DNA of 64,000 bases from Verrucomicrobiota bacterium. GTDB lineage: Bacteria > Verrucomicrobiota > Verrucomicrobiia > Verrucomicrobiales > DEV007. How positions within the stretch are numbered: position 1 is the first letter of the stretch; every line of letters starts with the position of its first letter. A program made the position numbers and the translations under genes. Positions 10,040 through 18,920 of the stretch are shown here, one piece after another. The stretch is from positions 1 through 64,000 of the forward strand of contig JASFYY010000022.1 of NCBI GenBank assembly GCA_045046875.1, read 5' to 3'. The notes below the pieces were generated by a model, which was not told the DNA's origin, did no database searches, and saw nothing but the letters and a program-made list of their open reading frames with translations.

Positions 10040-11188
10040 ATGTCAGATTCATCCACTAAACCCACCGTGCGCGTCGGCATCATCGGCGGCGGCCTGATGG
10101 GCAAAGAAGCCGCCTCCGCGTTTGGACGCTGGTTCGTGCTCAACGATTTCCCTGTCAATGCTGAACTCGTCGGTGTAGCCGACTTGTCAGAGCCCGCTCT
10201 CGAGTGGTTCAAACAAGTGCCCACCGTGCGCCTGTTGACCACCGACTACCACGAGTTGCTCGCAGACCCGGATGTGGACGTGATCTACTGCGCTATCCCG
10301 CATCACCTGCATGAAAAAGTCTATCTCGACGTATTAGCCGCCGGCAAGGATCTGCTCGCCGAGAAACCTTTTGGCATCGATCTGGCCGCCGCTGAGAAAA
10401 TTGCCGCCGCCGCCAAATCCAGCGGCTGTTTTGTGCGCTGCAGCTCGGAGTTCCCCTTCCTGCCAGGCACGCAACGGGTGATCGATTTTGTCAAACAAGA
10501 CCGCCTCGGAGTGCCGATCCAAGTAGTCTGCGCTTTCCATCACTCCAGTGATCTGGATCCCAACAAAACAATCAACTGGAAACGCCAAACCCAATTCTGC
10601 GGAGAGATCGGTGTGATGGGCGACCTCGGCATGCACGTCGCCCATGTGCCGCTGCGCCTCGGTTGGAAACCCAGCCAGGTCTACGCCCAACTGCAACAGA
10701 TCTACACCGAGCGCCCCGACGGCAAAGGCGGCAGCGCCGCCTGCGACACCTGGGACAACGCCCTGCTGCACCTCGATGTCGATATCAATGGCAAAAGCAC
10801 GCCGATGCGCTGGGAAACCAAACGCCTCGCACCCGGCGAAACCGATAGCTGGTCAATCGAAATTCTCGGCACCGACGCTGGCATTCGATTCTCCACCAAA
10901 AACCCGAAAACCCTGTGGACCTTCCAACGCGACTCAGAAAGCGGTAAACAGGAATGGGTGCAGGAAGATCTCGGATTCGAAGTGCCTTTCAAAACCATCA
11001 CCGGCGGTATATTTGAAGTCGGATTTCCCGATGTGCTGCAACAAATGTGGGCAGGCTTCATGGCTGAACGCGCAGGTGAACTCAAGGGCCGTTTTGGCTG
11101 CGCCACTCCTGAGGAAGCCGTTGCCAGTCATCAGGTTTTTGCCGCAGCACTGGAATCACAACAAAACGCACGCGCCGTTTCGCTCTAA
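10040..11188 (+). CDS. Gfo/Idh/MocA family oxidoreductase
   Basis: VGIIGGGLMG, AGKDLLAEKP, GVMGDLGMH. Confidence 0.9.
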   Translation: MSDSSTKPTVRVGIIGGGLMGKEAASAFGRWFVLNDFPVNAELVGVADLSEPALEWFKQVPTVRLLTTDYHELLADPDVDVIYCAIPHHLHEKVYLDVLAAGKDLLAEKPFGIDLAAAEKIAAAAKSSGCFVRCSSEFPFLPGTQRVIDFVKQDRLGVPIQVVCAFHHSSDLDPNKTINWKRQTQFCGEIGVMGDLGMHVAHVPLRLGWKPSQVYAQLQQIYTERPDGKGGSAACDTWDNALLHLDVDINGKSTPMRWETKRLAPGETDSWSIEILGTDAGIRFSTKNPKTLWTFQRDSESGKQEWVQEDLGFEVPFKTITGGIFEVGFPDVLQQMWAGFMAERAGELKGRFGCATPEEAVASHQVFAAALESQQNARAVSL

Positions 11189-11200
11189 GCTTTTTCCATC

Positions 11201-12214
11201 ATGGAACGCAAGGGAATCCTCGCCGCTGGCAGCTACATCGTCGATCATGTGAAAATGATCGACGCCTGGCCGCCTCAGGATGCCCTGGCGACTATTGTAA
11301 GCAAAGAAAGCAGCAACGGCGGAGGCCCTTACAATCTCAGCAAAGACATCGCGCGACTTTTCCCCGACGGTCCACCTTTTCCTTTGGCTGCCGCCGGATT
11401 AGTTGGCGACGATGCTGACGGGCGTTGGATTCTCGCCGACTGCCAAGCGCACCAGATCGATACCGCCCAACTGAAAACCACTGACCAGGCCCCCACCTCC
11501 TACACCGATGTGATGACGGTGGAAGCTGACGGACGGCGAACTTTTTTTCATCAACGCGGAGCCAATGCTCTTTTCAGTGAACAGGATCTGGATCTCGACC
11601 GAGTTGATGCCCGCATCTTCTATCTCGGTTACCTCTTACTGCTCGACACACTCGATCAGCTAACTGACAAAGGAACCCGAGCATCCTCCCTGCTTGCCAA
11701 CGCGCGCAGCCGCGGGTTGCTCACCGTGGTCGATCTGGTCAGTGCGGAGGGAGGCAACTTCACCGACATCGTCAGTCCCTCACTGCCTCACATCGACGTT
11801 CTGCTCACCAATGAATTTGAAGCCTCCCGCCTGTCCGGGATAGATCTGCACCAGGAATTTTCTGCAAAAAATGCACTCAAAGCCGCCCGCACCATTCTCG
11901 ACATGGGCGTGCAACAGCGAGTGGTCATCCACGCCCCACTCGGTGCCGTCGCGATTGATCGCAAACAAGGAGCCTTCACCGCAGGCTCCGTCGCCATGCC
12001 CGATAAAGTCATCCGAGGAGCCGTTGGTGCCGGTGACGCCTTTGCCGCGGGCATCGTTTATGGCTTGCACGAAAATTTGAGCATCGAGGAATCCCTCACC
12101 ACTGCCAGCTGCATTGCCGCCAGTTGTTTGTTGCATCCCACACCCTCCGGCGGCATCCGTCCACTTGACGACTGCCTCGGATTAGGTGAACAATGGGGAT
12201 TCCGCGATTTCTAA
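11201..12214 (+). CDS. PfkB/ribokinase family carbohydrate kinase
   Basis: GGGPYN, GLVGDDADG, NEFEA, GAGDAFAAG. Confidence 0.9.
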   Translation: MERKGILAAGSYIVDHVKMIDAWPPQDALATIVSKESSNGGGPYNLSKDIARLFPDGPPFPLAAAGLVGDDADGRWILADCQAHQIDTAQLKTTDQAPTSYTDVMTVEADGRRTFFHQRGANALFSEQDLDLDRVDARIFYLGYLLLLDTLDQLTDKGTRASSLLANARSRGLLTVVDLVSAEGGNFTDIVSPSLPHIDVLLTNEFEASRLSGIDLHQEFSAKNALKAARTILDMGVQQRVVIHAPLGAVAIDRKQGAFTAGSVAMPDKVIRGAVGAGDAFAAGIVYGLHENLSIEESLTTASCIAASCLLHPTPSGGIRPLDDCLGLGEQWGFRDF

Positions 12215-12228
12215 AAGGCGGAGCGGCC

Positions 12229-12873
12229 ATGTCCTCCTATCAAGAAAAACTCAATACCGACATGCAGCGTTTGGAAAAAATGCTGCAACGGGTTGTTGGG
12301 CCGCAAAACAAAGCTCAAACGCCGGATTCCGATAACAGCACACGCATCCTCAACCTCGCCTGCGGTTCATGCAACGAAGCCGAAACCTTGACGGATTTTT
12401 TCGCCAAGATGAAAAAACCGGGTACAAGCGATGGCTTGAAAAAAGTCGAACTGCTCGGTGTGGACGTACGTGCCCGCGAGATCGCCGACGCCCAACGGCG
12501 CTTCCGTTCAGGAACCCATACTGAACAAAATATTCAAAAAGACTACCAGTTTCTGACCGGAGACGCCTCCAAGCTCGACAGCCACCGCGCCCTCGACGAG
12601 CACTTTGACGTGGTTTTCATGCGTCACCAGAATTTTTACAACGGTGGTCGGGTGTGGGAGGAAATTTTTGAGCAAGCCCTGGCCAAACTCAAAGACGATG
12701 GCCAACTGGTGATCACCTCCTATTTTGACGAGGAGCACCAACTAGCACTCAACGCGATCCAAAAACTCGGCGGCCAGCTCATCGACAGCCAACAAAACCT
12801 GGAGTCCAGAAAGCTGCCCACCATCGGTAAATCCGTCGACCGTCACGTAGCCGTCTTCCGGCGAAAAAAATAG
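12229..12873 (+). CDS. Class I SAM-dependent methyltransferase
   Basis: ILNLACG, LLGVD, GDA, FDVVF, LKDDGQLVI. Confidence 0.7.
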   Translation: MSSYQEKLNTDMQRLEKMLQRVVGPQNKAQTPDSDNSTRILNLACGSCNEAETLTDFFAKMKKPGTSDGLKKVELLGVDVRAREIADAQRRFRSGTHTEQNIQKDYQFLTGDASKLDSHRALDEHFDVVFMRHQNFYNGGRVWEEIFEQALAKLKDDGQLVITSYFDEEHQLALNAIQKLGGQLIDSQQNLESRKLPTIGKSVDRHVAVFRRKK

Positions 12874-12989
12874 TAGCTGCCAAAGCAAGAGGATTGCCCA
12901 TTCGTGCATCTCTCTCGTTTATCACCAGAGCCCACGCAATGCCATTGCGTTCCACAATTTTCACCACGCATCCACTGCTCATCGTGGCG

Positions 12990-13086
12990 CGGATTGGCAA
13001 TCCGCGGATCTCTTCGTGGTCCGGATTGGCAATTTGCCTTCGGGTAGTTTCCTCCAGCTGTCTCCGCTTCGCTACGGCTGCGGATC
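12990..13086. repeat. REP-like palindromic units (CGGATTGGCAATCCG) between convergent genes; second unit interrupted by a 44-bp insert (13037-13080)
   Basis: Unit 12990-13010; second unit 13022-13036 + 13081-13086; insert homologous to 28656-28698. Confidence 0.6.
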
Positions 13087-13121
13087 CCCTTGTGGCACCC
13101 GTATTTCAACGAGCGCGAAAA

Positions 13122-13406
13122 CTATCGGCGGCGTGGTTGACCACGACCCGCGCCCGGACGACTGCCACCCATGCGAGGGGGACGATTGCCCATGCGGTAA
13201 ACGATACGTGCTTTTTCCGTATCGTAAGGAGACATCTCCAACTTCACCCGGTCGCCTGCGACCAAACGAATGAAACGCTTTCTCATTTTGCCCGAAATAT
13301 GACCCAATACCAAGTGACCATTCTCCAACTCCACCCGGAACATCGTCCCAGGAAGAACCGTGTGAATAGTTCCCTCCAACTCTACCGTTTTGTCATTTTT
13401 CGCCAT
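13122..13406 (-). CDS. infA: Translation initiation factor IF-1
   Basis: [50 protein letters not shown]. Confidence 0.97.
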   Translation of the reverse strand: MAKNDKTVELEGTIHTVLPGTMFRVELENGHLVLGHISGKMRKRFIRLVAGDRVKLEMSPYDTEKARIVYRMGNRPPRMGGSRPGAGRGQPRRR

Positions 13407-13614
13407 GATTCCAGAACCCAGCGACCATCGTTCACCGGGTCGCTATGAGGAGCACTTGCTACAATCGTTCATTTTAAAAAAAATTCAAGCTGGCATTTTG
13501 AACTTGGCTATTTGGACTTAAATATTTGAAATTGTAAAAGAAGCCCCCTACTTCCTACTTGCAAAATTTCACAAATACTGAATTCTGAATACATATTTCT
13601 AACTGCTTCCGCCC

Positions 13615-14226
13615 ATGTCTCGCCGATCATCTCGCCCCAATCGTCCCCGCCCGCCCGCAGGCGGTTCCCACACCGCCCGCCAGAACCAACACGACCGGGG
13701 CAGCGCCTTTCTCGCCGAGCTTTCCGAAAGCGAACTTTACGAACTCGCCGAGAATAAACCCGACGTCTTATTTCTCATTCTCGATGGAGTCCAGGACCCG
13801 CACAACCTCGGCGCCTGCCTGCGCTCGGCCGACGGTGCCGGAGTGGATGCCATCATTATTCCAAAAAACAAAGCCGCCAAAATCACCGACACCGTCCGCC
13901 GCATCGCCTGCGGCGCGGCCAGTCACGTGCCAGTGGTCCCCGTTGGCAACCTCGCCCGCTGCATGACCAAACTGCGCGATGATCACCAAGTGCGTATCGT
14001 CGGCACTTCCGACCAAGCCACTGTCGATCTCTACGACACCGCCCTCACCGGAGCACTCGCCATCACCCTCGGTGCGGAAGAGAACGGCATGCGCCGTCTC
14101 ACCAGCGAACAATGCGACCAACTGATCCGCATCCCCATGGCCGGCAAGGTCGAGTGCCTCAACGTCTCCAACGCCACCGCCGTCTGCCTGTTTGAAGCCG
14201 TGCGCCAGCGCCGGGCAAGTGAATAA
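13615..14226 (+). CDS. TrmH/SpoU family RNA 2'-O-methyltransferase (RlmB-like catalytic domain)
   Basis: LDGVQDPHNLGACLRSA, GAEENGMRRL, IPMAGKVECLNVS. Confidence 0.9.
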   Translation: MSRRSSRPNRPRPPAGGSHTARQNQHDRGSAFLAELSESELYELAENKPDVLFLILDGVQDPHNLGACLRSADGAGVDAIIIPKNKAAKITDTVRRIACGAASHVPVVPVGNLARCMTKLRDDHQVRIVGTSDQATVDLYDTALTGALAITLGAEENGMRRLTSEQCDQLIRIPMAGKVECLNVSNATAVCLFEAVRQRRASE

Positions 14227-14349
14227 ACTTGCTCCACAACTCATCCCCTGTTAATTTCAAACAAAGCTGATGCACCGTTGCGCTTCAACATAAGCCAGCG
14301 CTAATTCTCCACCTTTTCAAAACCAAACATAACTAACACCTTTATAATT

Positions 14350-15033
14350 ATGGAATACGCCAACCCTTACGTCGTCGCCAATGCGAAAGCCTCCGAACGC
14401 ACCCTGTTCATCCGCCGCACCTACATCCACCTCGCACTAGCCATCGCCGTTTTTGCCGGACTGGAAGCCTTCATCCTCAGCCAATCCTGGGCCGGACAAC
14501 TTGCCCAAACCTTATCCAGTAGCTGGATGCTCGTATTGGGCGCCTTCATGCTGGTATCGTGGCTTTCAAACAGTTGGGCCATGTCCAGCACTTCAAAGGG
14601 CGCTCAATACCTCGGACTAGGAATATTTGTCGCTGCCGAAGCCTTGCTATTCCTGCCACTGCTCTACATGGCGCAAAAATACGACCCAGCCGCCATTGGT
14701 AAGGCAGGAGTCATGACCGGCTTCCTTTTTGGCGGAATCACCCTTGTAGCCTTCACCACCAAGGCTGATTTCTCGTTTCTGCGAGGATTCATCACCGTCG
14801 CCTCATTTGTCGCCATGGGCTTCATTGTAGTGAGTTACTTTTTCGGCTACAACCTCGGCACTCTTTTTTCTGGAGCAATGGTGCTGCTCGCCGGAGCTTC
14901 CGTATTGTATTCAACCTCCAATCTCATCCACCAGTACCGCACGACCCAGTACGTCGCAGCCGCCCTCTCTTTGTTCGCCGGAGTAGCGCTGATGTTTTAT
15001 TACATCCTCAGCATCTTCATGAGCCGCAGATAG
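14350..15033 (+). CDS. Bax inhibitor-1/YccA family membrane protein
   Basis: FIRRTYIHL, seven hydrophobic segments, DFSFL, YVAAALSLF. Confidence 0.85.
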   Translation: MEYANPYVVANAKASERTLFIRRTYIHLALAIAVFAGLEAFILSQSWAGQLAQTLSSSWMLVLGAFMLVSWLSNSWAMSSTSKGAQYLGLGIFVAAEALLFLPLLYMAQKYDPAAIGKAGVMTGFLFGGITLVAFTTKADFSFLRGFITVASFVAMGFIVVSYFFGYNLGTLFSGAMVLLAGASVLYSTSNLIHQYRTTQYVAAALSLFAGVALMFYYILSIFMSRR

Positions 15034-15102
15034 AACAAATTGACCAGAGGCTTCAGCTACCGCCGGGCCTCCTACAACCCCTCCCTCTGAGCTTTTGTCC
15101 CT

Positions 15103-15480
15103 ATGGAAACCCTCAAGCTCATCGCCAAACTCGCCATTTCAGCGGGCACGGTGTATCTGGTCAGCGAGGTCGTCGTCCGCCACAGCCGCCCCTGGCTCGG
15201 CGCACTGCTGGCTTCACTGCCGCTGCTCTCTGTGCTGACTTTTTTCTGGATCTACTACGGCATCAGCGATCCCGCCGAGCGCACACAAAAGCTCGCCCAA
15301 CATTCCACCGGAGTCTTCTGGTGGGTGCTGCCTTCGCTGCCGATGTTCCTGATCTTCCCCTACCTGCTACGCCGGGGGCTCACCTTCTGGCCCGCACTCA
15401 TCATCTGCTGCCTGGTCACCATGGCTCTTTACGCCCTGCTCGCGGTGATCTTGAAACACTTTTTCGGCATCGAGTTTTAA
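15103..15480 (+). CDS. DUF3147-like small membrane protein
   Basis: LVSE, GALLASLPLLS, VFWWVLPSLPMF. Confidence 0.7.
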   Translation: METLKLIAKLAISAGTVYLVSEVVVRHSRPWLGALLASLPLLSVLTFFWIYYGISDPAERTQKLAQHSTGVFWWVLPSLPMFLIFPYLLRRGLTFWPALIICCLVTMALYALLAVILKHFFGIEF

Positions 15481-15502
15481 CCCATCACCCCCAAAGCTGC
15501 CA

Positions 15503-16084
15503 ATGCGCGATCAGCACTCAAACCCTATCCAAGATGCTTTAGTGCAACTCGGAACCCAAGCCGAAACACTCAAGCTTCCTTACTTACTCATTGGTGGTAA
15601 TGCCATAATTAGTTACGGCATCATCCGCCTCACCCGCGACATTGATTTCCTCATTCCCGAAACCGCCGTCAAAGAATGGCGTACTTTTCTCGAAAATTCC
15701 GGCTACCAGTGCTTCCACGCCACCCCCGCCTTCTGCCAATTCCATTCACAAGGTGAGCCACATGCACTTAACCTGGCCCCAGTCGACTTGATGATCGTTG
15801 ATACATCAACCTGGCAAAAATTGTCAGCAAAAGCAGAACGTAAAGCCATTACTAGAACCTACAGCCCCCATCTCCCAGCCGCCACCCACTTAATCGCTAT
15901 GAAACTTAAGGCTTGGCAAAATCCTCACCGCCGAGAAGACGCCCAAGACTGGAATGATATTGTGAAACTGATTCAAAAACTTGAAATAGACATCAAAAAG
16001 CCTGATGTTGCTGAGCTAATAGTCTCCTACGGAGGAAACGAAGCGCTGATTCAACTGGAAAACGCCCTATCCTCCTCCCCCTAA
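15503..16084 (+). CDS. Nucleotidyltransferase-fold protein (AbiEii/DUF6036-like)
   Basis: YLLIGGNA...RLTRDIDFL, VDL, LIAMKL, R...D..DI motifs. Confidence 0.75.
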   Translation: MRDQHSNPIQDALVQLGTQAETLKLPYLLIGGNAIISYGIIRLTRDIDFLIPETAVKEWRTFLENSGYQCFHATPAFCQFHSQGEPHALNLAPVDLMIVDTSTWQKLSAKAERKAITRTYSPHLPAATHLIAMKLKAWQNPHRREDAQDWNDIVKLIQKLEIDIKKPDVAELIVSYGGNEALIQLENALSSSP

Positions 16085-16107
16085 GCCCCGCAAAGCCATG
16101 TCGAGTC

Positions 16108-16314
16108 ATGCCTAACACGATCAACATAGACAAAGGAGACTTGGAATTAAATTTCCCAGACCCCGAAATGCCTTTGAAGGAGCCTCCATGCTCTCAATTG
16201 AGTTGGGAGCAATGGATGATGGAGACTGCTGATCGAACACGTTATTTTCTACTTCATCACGACTCCCGCGAACAACGCAAACGCGACCCCAACGAAGAAC
16301 GTTTTGTGCTTTAG
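16108..16314 (+). CDS. Small hypothetical protein, possible partner of the nucleotidyltransferase
   Basis: 68-aa ORF 24 nt downstream of the NTase, same strand, ends ERFVL. Confidence 0.5.
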   Translation: MPNTINIDKGDLELNFPDPEMPLKEPPCSQLSWEQWMMETADRTRYFLLHHDSREQRKRDPNEERFVL

Positions 16315-16391
16315 GAGGAATAAGTTAGGAGATAGAATACTTTTCAGCCAGGTGAAAGAAACCGCAGCTCCTCAACGTATAGCTAGGTAAG

Positions 16392-17240
16392 ATGAAACTT
16401 TTCACCAGACGCGCCGCCCTCAGAACCGGCTTACTCGGAGTCGCTGGAACCGGCTCGCTCGCCTACGGCAACTTGATCGAACGCCACCAACTGACCGTTG
16501 AACAAGTCAATTGCCCGCTTAAAGATGAACACTCCGACCTCGCTGGCCTGCGCATCGCCATGGTAGCCGATTTTCATTTTGACGAACTACAGGAAGGCGA
16601 GTTGGTCGACCGCTGTGTCAAACTGATCAATGCCCAGAAACCCGACCTGGTTGTATTGTGTGGTGACTATGTCAGTCATGACCGCGAACCGATCGAGCGC
16701 CTGTCACAGCATCTTGCCCAACTCAGCGCCCCGCCCGGCGTATTTGCCGTGTTAGGAAATCACGACCACTGGTCCGGCGCCGGTCACATCACTCGCCAAC
16801 TCAGCTCCTCCGGAATCGAAGTGCTGCGCAATCAAGCACCCACCCTGACTTACCGCCACAGCCCCTTCCAACTCGCCGGCCTCGGCAGTGCCTGGGCCGG
16901 TGCCGCCGACTACAAACACGCCCTGCCCGCCTCGACAAAACCCCCGTCCAGCAGTCCGCCCGTCATCCTCGCGATTCACGAACCCGATTTCTTCGACCGC
17001 ATCTGCAAAGACCCCCGCCTCGTCCTGCAGCTCTCCGGTCACACCCACGGCGGACAAGTCTGCGCCCCCTTTCTCGGAGCCATCCGCCTACCCTCATGGG
17101 GCAAAAACTACGTATCCGGTCTCTACCAGCGCCACGATAGCCACATCTACGTCACCCGGGGCGTCGGCACCCTCTTCCCCCACGTCCGCTTCTGCTGCCC
17201 CCCGGAGATTTCATTGATCACCCTGAGCGCAAACGTTTGA
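16392..17240 (+). CDS. Calcineurin-like metallophosphoesterase (YkuE-like), Tat-like signal
   Basis: TRRAALR; ADFH, GDY, GNHDH, HEPD, SGHTHGGQ, RGVG motifs. Confidence 0.9.
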   Translation: MKLFTRRAALRTGLLGVAGTGSLAYGNLIERHQLTVEQVNCPLKDEHSDLAGLRIAMVADFHFDELQEGELVDRCVKLINAQKPDLVVLCGDYVSHDREPIERLSQHLAQLSAPPGVFAVLGNHDHWSGAGHITRQLSSSGIEVLRNQAPTLTYRHSPFQLAGLGSAWAGAADYKHALPASTKPPSSSPPVILAIHEPDFFDRICKDPRLVLQLSGHTHGGQVCAPFLGAIRLPSWGKNYVSGLYQRHDSHIYVTRGVGTLFPHVRFCCPPEISLITLSANV

Positions 17241-17389
17241 GGCTCACTAAAGTCCAAACACCACTCCACAGGAGAGCGGGTTTTCCTACCCGCCGTAACA
17301 CCAATTTCCCTTTTGGCTCTTTTCCCCCTCACCATTCCGGATCTCAAATTTCAAATTGCCATCCTCCCCCATAACTCCCTTGCTCAAGG

Positions 17390-17406
17390 TGTAACACTGT
17401 GTCACA
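17390..17406. promoter_or_regulatory. Probable antitoxin operator palindrome
   Basis: TGTAACAC-T-GTGTCACA (7/8 dyad) 8 nt upstream of the antitoxin ATG, between TTGCTC and CACATT boxes. Confidence 0.5.
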
Positions 17407-17414
17407 TTAACCTC

Positions 17415-17648
17415 ATGCACAGTATTTCCATTCGAGAGCTCCATCAATCTACTGGAAAAATAGTCCGCTACGCTGCAACCCAATCGACCATCGTGACTGA
17501 TCGAGGGCGTCCCATAGCCATCATTAAAGCTATCACGGAGGCCGACCTGCCGGGCAAAGCATTGCCGCCTTCTCATTGGCAATCACAATCAAGGCCACGA
17601 ATCAAAACTGATTCGACCGCTACGGTTTCCACTGACCGAGACCGCTAA
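17415..17648 (+). CDS. Phd/YefM family antitoxin
   Basis: MHSISIRELHQSTGKIV...IVTDRGRPIAII; directly upstream of a PIN gene. Confidence 0.8.
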   Translation: MHSISIRELHQSTGKIVRYAATQSTIVTDRGRPIAIIKAITEADLPGKALPPSHWQSQSRPRIKTDSTATVSTDRDR

Positions 17649-17662
17649 GAGCTAGCTTGCTG

Positions 17663-18097
17663 ATGATCTATCTCGATACCTGTTATATTCTAAAGTGCTA
17701 CCTCACCGAGCACGGATCAGAGGAAGTCCGCCAGCTCACCCAGTCGGCCAACGGCTTGGCTTCCTGCGAACTCGCACGAGTAGAGTTCTCCGCCGCCGTT
17801 CACCGTCACCGGCGAGAAGGAAAACTCTCCGAAATCGACGCAAAAAAAGTATTCACCCATTTTCGAGCCGACGAAAAGTCCGGACTCTGGAAATGGTATC
17901 CTCTCACTCGAACTTTATTGGACGATGTGTTCAATGATTATCAAAACCTGGACTCCTCAGTATTTGTTCGAAGCAATGACGCCATCCACCTGGCTTGCGC
18001 CCGCCAGCAGGGTTTTAGGGAAATTCACAGCAACGATCGCCACCTGTTAAAATCAGCAGCAGCATTTTCCCTCCAAGGAATCAATGTCATCCCTTAA
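17663..18097 (+). CDS. vapC: VapC/PIN-domain toxin
   Basis: MIYLDTC..LK.YL.EHGS, RVEF, RSNDAIHLACA, SNDRHL. Confidence 0.85.
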   Translation: MIYLDTCYILKCYLTEHGSEEVRQLTQSANGLASCELARVEFSAAVHRHRREGKLSEIDAKKVFTHFRADEKSGLWKWYPLTRTLLDDVFNDYQNLDSSVFVRSNDAIHLACARQQGFREIHSNDRHLLKSAAAFSLQGINVIP

Positions 18098-18245
18098 GCC
18101 TCAGGCCGCCGTAACACAAATTTCCATATTTGTTCTTTTCTCTCACAATCTCAATTTTTAAACCCCCTCCCCCTGCTGGTGTCCCACCCTATGAGGTATA
18201 AATGAAGCCTTGATACCAATTCAGATTTCGAACACTATCCGCCGG

Positions 18246-18734
18246 ATGCCATTTTACGCCCATACTAAAGAAAATACAGATGGTTCTCCTGCTGCACAAA
18301 GCGAGTGGGAACTGTTGTTTACTCCTTTTGGTGACGGCGATAAAGAATGCCAAGGCAAGAATGGCGATTCTTGCCAGAAGTGCCATGACATGGATCCTCA
18401 GCATGGGCATCTGAATAAAGTCGCTTATTGGTCAGGGAAATTTGCTGCAGAGATGTTCCCTGAAGAAGCAGATCGGGAATCCGCTCGTCAATGGGGATAC
18501 CTCGCAGGGCTATGGCATGATTTGGGCAAATTCTCAGAAAAATTTCAAAACTACCTGACCAAGGTATCAGACATTCATTGTGATGAAATCCTAGAGCGCA
18601 TTGATCACACAAGTACCGGGGCAAAGCTATCCGCATCAAAATCCTTTCCCTTAGGACACTGCATCAGCACCGCCATTGCCCACAAAGCCTCTCTGGACCC
18701 AAAATGCCGATTTCAAAGGCCTGCCGTAGGTTAA
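18246..18734 (+). pseudogene. cas3: Truncated Cas3 HD-nuclease N-terminus (type I-C-like); similarity stops at ~18681
   Basis: FYAHT...HLNKVA...LAGLWHDLGKFSEKFQNYL...DHTSTGA...IA, then unrelated sequence where GHH and the helicase are expected. Confidence 0.8.
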
Positions 18735-18796
18735 TTATTTCCCTAAGCAGTAGTCTATTAGGCTATCCAATCAGCAATTATGATTCTCCTTCAATC

Positions 18797-18825
18797 TTGT
18801 TTTTACCCACATTTCCCCATAAGAT
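18797..18825 (+). promoter_or_regulatory. Sigma70-like promoter for the upstream sgRNA-like RNA
   Basis: TTGTTT-N17-TAAGAT; predicted TSS A18832 at the 5' end of the first hairpin. Confidence 0.55.
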
Positions 18826-18831
18826 ATCAAC

Positions 18832-18920
18832 ACTCCAGTCACGTTACTGGAATTTTTTTGGGTTCCGCTATCACCCAAACATCGTTGAGATGAAGCGGTA
18901 TTGTAAGCAAACGATAAATT
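18832..18920 (+). ncRNA. Putative natural single-guide RNA for Cas12b (fused tracr-like scaffold + repeat-like end + guide); 3' end approximate
   Basis: Hairpin TCCAGT/ACTGGA; stem TTTGGGT/ACCCAAA with 9-nt loop TCCGCTATC; hairpin CATC/GATG; A-AGCGG pairing with loop CCGCT; same layout as the tracrRNA+repeat with compensatory changes. Confidence 0.6.

Larger units (their letters stand above)
17290..18140. repeat. 35-bp imperfect direct repeats (17290-17324, 18106-18140) bracketing the Phd-VapC module
   Basis: CCGCCGTAACACCAATTTCCCTTTTGGCTCTTTTC vs CCGCCGTAACACAAATTTCCATATTTGTTCTTTTC, 30/35 identical. Confidence 0.75.

Noticed and set aside
13576..17360. Short heptamer-like intergenic repeats (TACTGAATTCTGAAT, ATCTCAAATTTCAAAT)
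   Set aside because: Only two low-complexity units each; no supportable function
17290..18140. Integron attC sites around the TA cassette
   Set aside because: No RYYYAAC...GTTRRRY inverted structure and no integrase
18834..18859. Hairpin + T7 read only as the terminator of the cas3 remnant
   Set aside because: Still possible, but it does not explain the promoter just upstream or the covarying tracr-like structure downstream; kept as the alternative hypothesis
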